A DNA stretch of 64,000 nucleotides, taken from contig CAZQVA010000002.1 of the NCBI GenBank assembly GCA_964596685.1, forward strand, positions 12,947-76,946, read 5' to 3'. Below, one piece after another: positions 1 to 9,041 of the stretch. Source of the stretch: an uncultured bacterium. GTDB lineage: Bacteria; Chlamydiota; Chlamydiia; Chlamydiales; VFKH01. The notes under the pieces are model-generated. The model did not search any database. It was given only the letters and a program-made list of their open reading frames with translations, and was not told the origin of the DNA. Position 1 is the stretch's first letter; each line of letters opens with the position of its first letter. The position numbers were made by a program, and so were the translations under genes.

Positions 1-150
1 AGTTCGACTTTAAATCGACTTTTGATCGTTGTTTCAGAGGTATCTGCTTATAAACTCCTCTTGGACATGGCACATTGGCCATGACCTTCAAGGCGTTTAT
101 CACCAGCTATCCTTTGAAACAAGGATCAAAAGTCGATTTAAAGTCGAACT
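1..150. repeat. Inverted-repeat element at the recB 3' end, with perfect 27-bp arms and a 96-bp core
   Basis: Bases 1-27 (agttcgactttaaatcgacttttgatc) are the exact reverse complement of 124-150. Each arm contains aaagtcga twice. The right arm continues into tttaaagtcgaactcacgtt (137-156), a motif that recurs elsewhere in the window. The left arm touches the window edge, so the full extent is unknown. Confidence 0.85.
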
Positions 151-3122
151 CACGTTAATAAACTGCTTTTAAGGAGTGGTGCATGAACTTTCCATGTGCC
201 ACTTGTATTTTTGGCAGCAAAATCTTCATAAAGCTGTTTCCAGTGTTTTGTCCAGTATTCTCCTAAGAAAATGACATGCAACGTCTTTTCAGCATCTTCG
301 ACAGTAAGATCGATAGGCCCTTGTAAAATTTCTTCATCCCTTAGATAGATATGTGGCCAGTCACAGGTAATTATAGTGGATGGTAGGCCGCTTAAAAGAT
401 GGCCATCGATAGTATATTCAAAAAATAGTGTCCATAATAGTTGACAATCTGTCTTAAGTAGCTCTTTTAGTTGTTCGGGGGTGGAAACTTTTTGAATTTT
501 ATTTAAGGAAAGGATCTTCATCCAACGTAAAAGAGTTAATTGTTGAAGAGAGCGTTTCAAAGTATAAGATGCTATGGGAACGAGTGAGAGGGGAGAAGGG
601 ATTGTCACTGGAAGCGTGTTGTCTTCAAGTGGGCGCGGTACTATTTCTATAGATTGGGGGACCAAGCGTTCAATTGTACATCCTTCAGGAAGTGTTTTCC
701 AAAAATCTGCTCTCGTCTGTTGGTGTTTAGCAAGAAACAGTTCACTTGGACTTTCATGACCTGCAGCTACTTCTGCATATGAAGTATCTTCTGCATAAGC
801 AATGTATAATTTTTCTTTTGCGCGCGTGCATGCAACATATAGTTGCCGCATTTTTTCGGCGTTTTTTTCTGCAATAAAGGCTTGACCTTCTTCGCTGTCT
901 GCCTTCCATTGAACAAGTGCTGAATGGTTATTGCAAGGAATCAGGAGTTCTTCTTGTGGAGTACGACTTGCGAGTGCAAGTGCAAAAACTATGGGGAATT
1001 CTAGTCCTTTGCTGCTGTGTAAAGTAAGAATTTTGACAGCATCACGCTGTTCTTCTTGGGGAAGTAGTAGCTCAGAATGTTGATGAGTAGATTTCCGACG
1101 TAAATTTTGTAGATGTTTCCAGAGGAGAAATGGGCTTGAGAACTTCTCATTAGATACTGTTTGTATAAGCAAGCGAATGCATTGCCAGAACTGGTCCAAG
1201 AGGGCTGGATCCTTTGAAAATCCGGCAAGCTTGACAACAGTAGAGCCAAACGCGGCCAATCCCTCATTGTTTTCAATACATGCATAAGCTTCATAAAGAG
1301 GCGCCTTAATAGTGGGCGCTAATGCATAAATGTCATGAATAGGCAGGTGAAGGAGGGGGGCGCTAAGTGCCAAGCGGTCAAAACGTTCCTCCTTATGGAA
1401 GGCCGCAAGAAGAAAGGCTTCAAGCGTTGCAAATGCGCCTGTATCAGTGATGGAATTTTCTCTCGTAGTTTGATAGGGAATGCCGTGTGTTTCAAAAAAA
1501 CTTGCCAGGCGTTCTTTTTGGAAACGATCCCGTACAAGACAGGCGAAATCAAGCCATAAGGCACCTTGAGTTTTTAAACGCAAGATCTCTTGAGTTATAT
1601 AGGGAAAAAATAATTGTTCTTCCATCTCTACAGTGGGCCAGCGTTCGGATCTACCAAGCATTGCTTCTGCTACCATCCAGACACATGGAGTTTCTTGAGG
1701 CCAACGAGCAATTCGTTCGGGAGGCGTTTTTACAGGATGTACAGGTAAAAAACGACGCCATTTCGGCAAATCCATCCAATCGGTGGCAAAGAGTGCATTT
1801 AAGGCAGAAATGAGCGCAGGTTGAGAGCGAAAATTTGTATCAAGTACAGCAAAGGAATCGTCAGAAAAGTGTGTCTTTGCACGTAAATATGTATAAAGAT
1901 CTGCTTGTCGGAATGCATAAATCGATTGTTTTGGATCTCCAACAAGGAAGAGGCGCTTTTTCTCAAAACATTTCCAGAAGATCTGCCATTGAATGGGATC
2001 GGTATCTTGAAACTCATCGACAATAATGACAGAAAATCTCTCTTGAATAGCTTGAACAAATTCCGGGATTGCAAGAGCTTGCTCCATTCTCCATAGCAAA
2101 ACGTCGGGATCTTTATCGAGTTCTGCTTCGCGGCGCTTTTTAGCACAGTAGGAAGCAAGTTGGATGAGGAGCAAAGTGCGGTCACCAGCCTGCCAAACAC
2201 TATCTAGTGCATTTGTTAGTTGTAAAATAGGAGAGGGCAGGAGGGGAGCTTTTTTCTTAAGAGGCGCTTTTAGAAATTCAAGAAAACAAGGTTCCTGATA
2301 AAGGAGTTGTTCGAAATTATCGCGGTTGAGTGAGTCCAGAGATAATAGGCTTTCTAAATGGGCGATCTGTTTTTGCCAGTGAGACTTTAATTCCCCATTA
2401 CGAGATGTCGTGCTTTGGAAATAGGGTGCGTGCTTTAGAAGGGAATCGACAAGGATCTCTTTAGGTAGCTTTTGAAATTGTTGCGAAAATGCTAAAAAAT
2501 GTTCTTCACAATTTTGGGGCCCGATAATGGGAAGGCGAGATGAGATGAGAGGCAGCAGGTCATCGACAAGGGATTCAAGAGGACGGGAGCCCAAAAGTCG
2601 AGCCATTTGTGCGGGAGTGAGTACCGTTTCATCAAGATGTAAAAGGAGATTTTTTATGTACTCACGTTGCGAAAGGAGAGTGTCATTGCGTAGGTTTTTC
2701 AAAGGGATTTTAGCAAGGAAGGCATGTTCGTTTAGCATTCTTGCACAAAAACCATGAATGGTGCAGATAAAGCTTTCAGAAAAATGAATCAGAGCACGGC
2801 GTAGTTGCAAAATGGCATGTGTACGTTCTAAATCGGAGCTTTCAATAAGGGGCTGTAAATAAGAAAAAGGTCCGGCGACACTTGTTTCTAGGCATTCAAT
2901 CAGTTTTATCAACTGTTTGCGAATGCGATCCCTTAAATCGGCAGTGGCCGCTTGTGTAAAGGTGACAACGAGGATTTCTTCAAGAGAGAGTTCTTTTTCA
3001 AATAGTAAAAGACGGGCAACGATATTCTCGATGGCAAATGTTTTCCCCGTGCCGGCTGATGCTTCGAGAAAGTAAGAATGAGACAAATTGAGATCAAGGC
3101 TTAAGACATCAAATGCCATCAT
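150..3122 (-). CDS. recB: RecB-like SF1 helicase (exodeoxyribonuclease V beta subunit family)
   Basis: 990-aa ORF. It has Walker A EASAGTGKTF, motif II VIIVDEFQDTD, TNFRS, LHSSKGLEF and YVACTRAKEKL. Its start overlaps the upstream recC-like ORF by 14 nt. Confidence 0.85.
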   Translation of the reverse strand: MMAFDVLSLDLNLSHSYFLEASAGTGKTFAIENIVARLLLFEKELSLEEILVVTFTQAATADLRDRIRKQLIKLIECLETSVAGPFSYLQPLIESSDLERTHAILQLRRALIHFSESFICTIHGFCARMLNEHAFLAKIPLKNLRNDTLLSQREYIKNLLLHLDETVLTPAQMARLLGSRPLESLVDDLLPLISSRLPIIGPQNCEEHFLAFSQQFQKLPKEILVDSLLKHAPYFQSTTSRNGELKSHWQKQIAHLESLLSLDSLNRDNFEQLLYQEPCFLEFLKAPLKKKAPLLPSPILQLTNALDSVWQAGDRTLLLIQLASYCAKKRREAELDKDPDVLLWRMEQALAIPEFVQAIQERFSVIIVDEFQDTDPIQWQIFWKCFEKKRLFLVGDPKQSIYAFRQADLYTYLRAKTHFSDDSFAVLDTNFRSQPALISALNALFATDWMDLPKWRRFLPVHPVKTPPERIARWPQETPCVWMVAEAMLGRSERWPTVEMEEQLFFPYITQEILRLKTQGALWLDFACLVRDRFQKERLASFFETHGIPYQTTRENSITDTGAFATLEAFLLAAFHKEERFDRLALSAPLLHLPIHDIYALAPTIKAPLYEAYACIENNEGLAAFGSTVVKLAGFSKDPALLDQFWQCIRLLIQTVSNEKFSSPFLLWKHLQNLRRKSTHQHSELLLPQEEQRDAVKILTLHSSKGLEFPIVFALALASRTPQEELLIPCNNHSALVQWKADSEEGQAFIAEKNAEKMRQLYVACTRAKEKLYIAYAEDTSYAEVAAGHESPSELFLAKHQQTRADFWKTLPEGCTIERLVPQSIEIVPRPLEDNTLPVTIPSPLSLVPIASYTLKRSLQQLTLLRWMKILSLNKIQKVSTPEQLKELLKTDCQLLWTLFFEYTIDGHLLSGLPSTIITCDWPHIYLRDEEILQGPIDLTVEDAEKTLHVIFLGEYWTKHWKQLYEDFAAKNTSGTWKVHAPLLKSSLLT

Positions 3123-5880
3123 TGACTCCTTCTATCCATAATTTTGCAACAGGGTGCCACTCCTCAATAATTTGATCCGCCTTCATAGGTAATTGTGACC
3201 AAAGATAGGCGCCATCTGGAGCTCTTTCAAATGGTGCGATTTTTTCTTTAATTTTTCTGGTTAAAAGTTCTTCATTTTTTTCAGCAACAGCATGCACCCA
3301 ATCAGGGTGTAATGGACAGGGTTTTTTTCGTATTGCAAAGAATACTTGAAGTAGTTTGTTCCAGGCTCCTTGTTCCCAATTCAGAAGAAGTTTTTCTTGG
3401 GAGGGTAAAAAGATCCATTCCTTGGGTGATTTTGTTTGTTGTTGCATTTGATAAAATAGCATGGATGGCCATTGTTGTAGGATTTGCTCCTTACTTTTTT
3501 CAGTGAGGGATAATACTCCTTGAGGCCCTAAAAAAGGTAATTGTCCATAAATGGTGAGTGTCTGATTTTGAAATGGAATCTGAAGAGATTCCTTTGGAGT
3601 GATATGGAGGTCTTCAAGGCGAATGCCGAAATGTTGTAATTGCTCTTTTAATTTTATGCATTCGCGTTCGATGCGCAATTGCCCGCATTTTTTTAGGAGA
3701 GAAGAAGATCCCTTGTCAACGTTATGTACAGTATTTTCTAGCAGGGCTATTTTGGCTAGATAGCAGTCGAGTGAGTCAATAGAATCTGCTTCCTGGAGGG
3801 AGCGGGGCATCTCAATTTGCAGGACTTGTTCTAAATAGTATTTTAGAGGGTGTTTAAAGGCTTGGCGCAATTCAAAAAGAGAGAGGTCTTTGATAGGACA
3901 ACTTATCTCGATAGGGGATGCAAATGTTGTATGGGATAGTAAAGTGGGATGTGGTAATGAGTGAATTAAAGGAATTATACCTAGCGTTTCATAAAGTTCT
4001 TTTACGAGATAGCTTGCTTCTTGTTGAGGGCCACTCACACAGTAGCTAATCCACAATTGGTCTTGTGCAAGAAGTAATGCGTGGAGGAAAAGGCTCATTT
4101 CAATATGCAAAGGAGAAGCGCTTGTACGTTCAACAAAATGTGGTTGACTATTGCTGCGCGGGAATGCATCGGCATTCATATTCAGGAGAAAAAGAGCGCG
4201 CGCAGGGCGTAACCTACCTGGGAGGAGTGAGGCGATACGTATGCCACCTATCGATTGAGTGGCTAAAGTTGCTTCTTCTTGGTTTAATAATGTCTCTAAA
4301 AAATGGCCAGCGACTTGTTTAGAAAGCGGCACGCGCTGCCAACGCAGAGCACTTTCCTGGAAATGCGTTAATTGTTCTAAGAGGTATTCAGCTGCAGGAT
4401 CCCCATCAAAAGATAGCCATTTTAAAAAGAGCTCCGTAAAGAATTTCACCCAATCTTCCGCTGTTTGATAATGAGGTGTTATAAGGCTTGAGCGTACCTC
4501 CTGAAAAATAGTGTTCTGTTCTTGTGAGAGTTGGTGCAATTCTTTAACAGCAAGAAATTGTGCGCGTTGATTAAAAACTTTATGGTGAAGAAAAAATAGC
4601 CAGTCTGCTCTTTTTCCTTTTTCGCAAAGAGGTTCGGTAATTCGGTGTACCAGCCATAGAACCGCTTCAAGTAAGGGGCTTTGTTCTTTAAGCTTGAGAT
4701 CTTCGATGCATAAGGGCAGCCCTTTGAGTTCTTCATAAAGGAATGGCGCATCACTTGAAATGAGAGGTGTTAGGATGAGAATTTCATGTGGAGCAAGGCC
4801 ATTTTCAAGAAGCCTGAAAATTTCTACTTTTAACGTGCTATACTGCTGATGAAGTGTAGTGAACTGATGGATTTGTATGGATTGATCGACTGTTTTTTTC
4901 TGTACAGGTTGTAGGAGAGCGATTTCGCTTTGCAGCTCGAGCAACGCTGTCATAGGACCACTTTTATGGAAATAAAGATCTGGCATGAGTGTTTCGCGAA
5001 GAGGGTGCTCGTTGATACTCTCAGGTAATGTGTAGTGAGAGACACTTGGCCAATTTGTCGCTTCAAAAGCTTCTAAAAGTAGTCGATCTTGCTTGCCCCA
5101 ATTCGCTAAAAACCAATTGCTTGTCTCAAAAAAATTCTCAAGAGCTAATCTTTCCCCTAATCTAACACCGCGTGATTCCCAAAAGAGCTGTAGGTGCTGT
5201 CTTTCGCGTTCGGTGCGCAGATCTGAGAAAAACAACGCTGATGGACAGTGAAGATAGAAAAAAATTGGCAGAGCTTCATCCATTTTTCGCAATAAATGCC
5301 ATAAAGCACGTGTAAAAGAAGAGGGGGCAAAAAAGTGAAGAGTCTCAGTGGAATGTTCTGCTGGTAGTGTCTCAAGCGAATTGATTGTTTCCAAACAAGG
5401 TTTGATGCCATGCTCACGACACAAATGATGCCAGATTTCTAAAGGCCATCCTTCTGTAATACCTTCCGATGACCATTCTTGAAATAAGGAGGCTAAATGC
5501 AAACCCAAGTTGAGAGAAGCATCCCCTTGGCTCATTGCTTGTAGGTAATTTTTTGCTGGACCTGGCAGGTGAGGTAATAAATTCTCAAGGAGTAGAGCTA
5601 ATTCCATCTGCGATGGAAATAAAGGGAATGAGCGCTTAAAAAAGCGAGGTACCCACTGACCAAAAACTTCATGTGGTAATAAAATGCGAATGCCAAGAGT
5701 TTTTAGACCTTTCTGTTGTAGAGAATACAGTAGCCATTTTCCCATCGCTTCGCACGAAACGACAATCCAAGTGGGCACAACACTTGAGTAGGGGTGCTGC
5801 AAGAGTTGCTCCACTAAAGCTTGAAGCAGGCATTCTAATCGATTGCTGTAGTGAATTAATGGATGACTCATAAGCGCCAT
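3109..5880 (-). CDS. recC: RecC-like protein (exodeoxyribonuclease V gamma subunit family)
   Basis: 923-aa ORF immediately upstream of and overlapping recB. The N-terminus HYSNRLECLLQAL resembles RecC N-termini. It has no ATPase motifs, as expected for RecC. The call rests mainly on context. Confidence 0.7.
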   Translation of the reverse strand: MALMSHPLIHYSNRLECLLQALVEQLLQHPYSSVVPTWIVVSCEAMGKWLLYSLQQKGLKTLGIRILLPHEVFGQWVPRFFKRSFPLFPSQMELALLLENLLPHLPGPAKNYLQAMSQGDASLNLGLHLASLFQEWSSEGITEGWPLEIWHHLCREHGIKPCLETINSLETLPAEHSTETLHFFAPSSFTRALWHLLRKMDEALPIFFYLHCPSALFFSDLRTERERQHLQLFWESRGVRLGERLALENFFETSNWFLANWGKQDRLLLEAFEATNWPSVSHYTLPESINEHPLRETLMPDLYFHKSGPMTALLELQSEIALLQPVQKKTVDQSIQIHQFTTLHQQYSTLKVEIFRLLENGLAPHEILILTPLISSDAPFLYEELKGLPLCIEDLKLKEQSPLLEAVLWLVHRITEPLCEKGKRADWLFFLHHKVFNQRAQFLAVKELHQLSQEQNTIFQEVRSSLITPHYQTAEDWVKFFTELFLKWLSFDGDPAAEYLLEQLTHFQESALRWQRVPLSKQVAGHFLETLLNQEEATLATQSIGGIRIASLLPGRLRPARALFLLNMNADAFPRSNSQPHFVERTSASPLHIEMSLFLHALLLAQDQLWISYCVSGPQQEASYLVKELYETLGIIPLIHSLPHPTLLSHTTFASPIEISCPIKDLSLFELRQAFKHPLKYYLEQVLQIEMPRSLQEADSIDSLDCYLAKIALLENTVHNVDKGSSSLLKKCGQLRIERECIKLKEQLQHFGIRLEDLHITPKESLQIPFQNQTLTIYGQLPFLGPQGVLSLTEKSKEQILQQWPSMLFYQMQQQTKSPKEWIFLPSQEKLLLNWEQGAWNKLLQVFFAIRKKPCPLHPDWVHAVAEKNEELLTRKIKEKIAPFERAPDGAYLWSQLPMKADQIIEEWHPVAKLWIEGVNDGI

Positions 5881-6028
5881 GATGCAGGTTTATAGACTAA
5901 CGAGCCTTTTGAAAAATCTCTAGTCAACGTAAGTCCAGTTTTTAGAGAAAAAAGCATCTTTTCTCAATACGATCGCTTTTAAATAATCTCAAGCCTAAGA
6001 CTTTGACTCAAGGTCAAATGAATAGGAA

Positions 6029-6073
6029 TTTTAAAGTCGAACTTACGTTTCATAATGTGTAACCGTTACACAT
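6029..6073. repeat. Copy of a modular dispersed repeat (ttaaagtcgaac-ttacgtt module plus palindrome atgtgtaaccgttacacat)
   Basis: Bases 6031-6049 (ttaaagtcgaacttacgtt) differ by one base from the corresponding part of the 137-156 copy. The palindrome at 6055-6073 is identical to 23369-23387. Confidence 0.8.
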
Positions 6074-6101
6074 TGGTCAAAATCCTCTATCTGGTATGCT
6101 A

Positions 6102-6264
6102 ATACCCATCCCACCTGAAGAATTGGTTTTAGGCCGAAGAAAAAGCTTCCGCGATCGCGCCAGAAAAAAAGTCCCCATATTACTAATATGAGGACTTTTT
6201 TTCTGACTCGAGCCCGGGGCTTTCTCTTCTGTCTCAAATCCAATTCTTCAGGTGGGATGGGTAT
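6102..6264. mobile_element. MITE-like non-autonomous element, 163 bp, with perfect 25-bp terminal inverted repeats
   Basis: The left TIR at 6102-6126 (atacccatcccacctgaagaattgg) is the exact reverse complement of 6240-6264. There is an internal 13-bp hairpin (6162-6174 pairing with 6192-6204). The element has no coding capacity. A partial copy lies at 33976-34047 and a minimal copy at 27005-27047. Confidence 0.8.
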
Positions 6265-6296
6265 ATATAGTTACAATTCAAAAAGTAGGGCAGCGC

Positions 6297-7544
6297 ATGG
6301 ATCAGACAAAAACGGATAAAGTGGTAGATAAGGGGTGGTGGGGTTTTCACTGGCTCAATATCACCCAGTTTTTGGGAGTGGTGAATGATAATCTATTCAA
6401 GTTGTTACTGATTTTTTTCCTTGTTCGTTTAGAGGGACAGGATGCTTCCCCCTTGATTTTATCGCTAGCGGGCGCGATTTTTGTTATTCCATTCCTTCTT
6501 TTTTCCATGCCTTCTGGTGTATTAGCAGATCGCATGAGTAAGCGGACCATTATTATCTTAACGAAATGTGTAGAATTGGCAACTGCTATATTAGGTCTGA
6601 TAGGATTTATTTTCGTTTCGCCTATGGCTCTTTATGCGGCTCTTTTTCTACTAGCCACCGAAAGTGCAATTTTGGGGCCATCTAAATATGGAATCGTGCC
6701 AGAGCTGGTTTCTCGATCGCTAATTTCACGCGCTAATGGCTACTTGAGTTCAGGGACGTTCTTGGCTATCATCGTTGGAACGTCTATGGCAGGTCCTTTA
6801 GTGCAATTGGTGGATTTTGACTTTGTGATTGCAGGAAGTGCCTGTGTCTTAATTGCGTTTATCGGGTTTATCTGTAGCTGGCGTATTCCACATACCCGTC
6901 CTGTGGGCACCGAAAAAATGATGCAAGTATTTTTCCTAGGTACAATTTGGAGCGGCATTAAAAGGGCACAAAGAGTGCCATGTCTTTTTTCTTCAATGAT
7001 GGGATCTGCATTTTTTCTCTTTGTTGGAGGATTTGCCCAATTGAATGTCTTACCATTTGCTGTGCATTGCATGGGGTTGAGTGATGTACAGGGAAGTTAT
7101 CTCTTTCTTATTACCGCTTTGGGTATTGGATGTGGATCTTTAATAGCAGGACGTCTTTCAAAAGGCAGTGTACATCTGGGTCTTGTCCCTATAGGTGCGT
7201 TAGGAATGAGTATCAGTTTATTGGTTATTGGCATGTGTCCTTCATTTACCATCCTAGTGATTGCACTTTTTTCAGTGGGTGGCTTCGGAGGAATTTATCT
7301 CGTGCCACAAGATTCATATATCCAGGTTGCAAGCCCCGCAGAAGATCGTGGAGAGAATGTGGCCATTAATAATTTTACAGCCTTTGTTGGAGTCTTAATT
7401 GCATCGGGAATGATCTATTTATTTGGTGAGATATGGAATTTATCCCCAGCTCGAGGCTTTACCATGATTGGAATAGTTACACTTTTGTTTGGCGCAATAA
7501 TTACCATTCCAATTTTAAAACATTTAAATTTTAATCGAAATTGA
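6297..7544 (+). CDS. MFS transporter, LplT-like (lysophospholipid transporter family) by N-terminal pattern
   Basis: The protein is multi-TM. The N-terminal segment ITQFLGVVNDNLFKLLLIFFL resembles the LplT/MFS_1 signature. The start was moved to ATG 6297 because the track start at 6252 is a GTG inside the MITE TIR. Confidence 0.7.
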   Translation: MDQTKTDKVVDKGWWGFHWLNITQFLGVVNDNLFKLLLIFFLVRLEGQDASPLILSLAGAIFVIPFLLFSMPSGVLADRMSKRTIIILTKCVELATAILGLIGFIFVSPMALYAALFLLATESAILGPSKYGIVPELVSRSLISRANGYLSSGTFLAIIVGTSMAGPLVQLVDFDFVIAGSACVLIAFIGFICSWRIPHTRPVGTEKMMQVFFLGTIWSGIKRAQRVPCLFSSMMGSAFFLFVGGFAQLNVLPFAVHCMGLSDVQGSYLFLITALGIGCGSLIAGRLSKGSVHLGLVPIGALGMSISLLVIGMCPSFTILVIALFSVGGFGGIYLVPQDSYIQVASPAEDRGENVAINNFTAFVGVLIASGMIYLFGEIWNLSPARGFTMIGIVTLLFGAIITIPILKHLNFNRN

Positions 7545-7578
7545 ATGATAATGGAAGCGACGAAAGAATGAGGATCAC

Positions 7579-7881
7579 ATGACGAAAATTCCACCACTTT
7601 CTACTATTACACCATCGACTGTTGAAGCCCGTGTAAATAGTGCCTATAAAGAAGCGCGCATCTCACGCGTTGCTTTTGCAGCACTGGCTGGGCTTTCTAT
7701 GGCCACATGTTTAACAATTGCAGGCTTGGCACTTGGAACAACGCTCGTATTTCCTCCTGCAGCGCTAATTATCACGGCAGTGGCATTTGCTGTCTTTGGA
7801 GTTTTAGCGTTTATGGAGCGCAAGCATGAGCAGCGAGCGCTAGATCAAAATATAGCTTTCTTGGGTAATCAGAGGCTATAA
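7579..7881 (+). CDS. Small membrane protein with a bilobed hydrophobic domain (Inc-like candidate)
   Basis: 100 aa. About 35 polar N-terminal residues are followed by VAFAALAGLSMATCLTIAGLALGTTLVFPPAALIITAVAFAVFGVLAFM, two adjacent TM segments joined by a short turn. Confidence 0.55.
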   Translation: MTKIPPLSTITPSTVEARVNSAYKEARISRVAFAALAGLSMATCLTIAGLALGTTLVFPPAALIITAVAFAVFGVLAFMERKHEQRALDQNIAFLGNQRL

Positions 7882-9041
7882 AGTACGCTAAGTACTTCTT
7901 CTTTGGTATGCAGGTTTTTTTCTATGCTAATTTGCTGCGCTAGCATCAACCACTTGCCCAGTTGATTCTGAGGGAAGCGATCAATAATATCCGCTGCGAC
8001 GACTAAATGTGCTTTTTGCGCATATCTTTGGATGTGCGCTGTAAGTTCTTTCTTTATCTTTAAGAGGCCCTCTTGAGGGTTCATGACAAGGAGTAGGGGT
8101 TCGATCAACGGAGCTTCTTCTGCTGCAAAAAATTGAACCCACTCAAAGCGGCTTTTAGTACGAGGCTCCAACATTTTTGCTGTGAGTTCTATGAGTTTTT
8201 TTTCTTTATTAGGGCGTTTCCATTTTTCAGCAAAATGGCGCCATGCAGTTGCATCATATCCAGGGAAAAAAGGCACAAGTAGCGCAGCGCATGGCACAAT
8301 TTGACATAGTGTTTCAAGCCGTGGGCCGAGAGTAGCGAGATTTTCGTGTAGAATTCCAGGAAAAATCACTTCAAGAATACCTAGAGTGTGCATAAGAGAA
8401 AATGCTTTGAATAAGCTTCCATCTTCAGCCATTTTTTCTATTTCATGCCACACACGTTCGATAGCAACTGCAGGGAATAAACTATGGGCATGTCGTTGGA
8501 TTGCACAAAAAGTCGTTTCCTCAATAGCAAAATCAAAACGGCAGGCAAATCGTACAGCGCGAATCATGCGTAGACGATCTTCAAAAAACCGTTGATTAGG
8601 GTCGCCAATTGCCTTGACAACGCGTGCAAATAAGTCTTTTTGTCCATCAACATAATCGATGATGCGCTCTTCTATAGGATCGTAATAGAGTCCATTGATT
8701 GTGAAATCGCGGCGTTGTGCATCTTCATAAGCATCGGCTTTATCGATGCCTATCGGACGCCTTCCATCGACATATTCCCGATCTTTGCGAAAAGTAGCGA
8801 CTTCGAAAGTATGACCATGCAATTTAACCATGATGATTCCAAAAGCGATACCGATGGGTAATGTATGGGGAAAAATTGCCTGAAGTTGTTCTGGGTTCGC
8901 ATCTGTAACGATATCGATATCCGAAGAGGCGCGTTCCATGATGAAATCACGCACCCAACCACCCGCGAATAGTCCAATAAACCCTTTGTTGCGTAAGGTA
9001 CGTATGAGGGCGCACGCCGCTTCAAAGGCATTCATTTTCAT
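7869..9041 (-). CDS. cca: tRNA nucleotidyltransferase / poly(A) polymerase family (CCA-adding enzyme)
   Basis: The polymerase-beta nucleotidyltransferase signature GGWVRDFIM...SDIDIVT is present, followed by RRDFTINGLYYD. Both tRNA genes in the window lack an encoded CCA end. Confidence 0.8.
   Translation of the reverse strand: MKMNAFEAACALIRTLRNKGFIGLFAGGWVRDFIMERASSDIDIVTDANPEQLQAIFPHTLPIGIAFGIIMVKLHGHTFEVATFRKDREYVDGRRPIGIDKADAYEDAQRRDFTINGLYYDPIEERIIDYVDGQKDLFARVVKAIGDPNQRFFEDRLRMIRAVRFACRFDFAIEETTFCAIQRHAHSLFPAVAIERVWHEIEKMAEDGSLFKAFSLMHTLGILEVIFPGILHENLATLGPRLETLCQIVPCAALLVPFFPGYDATAWRHFAEKWKRPNKEKKLIELTAKMLEPRTKSRFEWVQFFAAEEAPLIEPLLLVMNPQEGLLKIKKELTAHIQRYAQKAHLVVAADIIDRFPQNQLGKWLMLAQQISIEKNLHTKEEVLSVLYSL

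Noticed and set aside
574-2757. Multiple 60-130-aa ORFs on both strands inside recB. Similar shadow ORFs occur inside most large genes, for example 8386-8861, 19209-19907, 28384-28782, 43632-43997 and 53859-54254.
   Set aside because: They overlap strongly supported long genes in alternative frames, lack motifs, and have odd composition. I treated them as frame shadows.
6043-6243. 66-aa minus-strand ORF in the recC/MFS intergenic region
   Set aside because: It lies entirely within the repeat elements, starts at a TTG inside the MITE TIR, and has a low-complexity basic sequence. It is almost certainly not a gene.
6252-6296. N-terminal extension of the MFS transporter ORF (MGWVYIVTIQKVGQR)
   Set aside because: The GTG start and first codons are the right TIR of the MITE. 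ATG 6297 gives a normal N-terminus.
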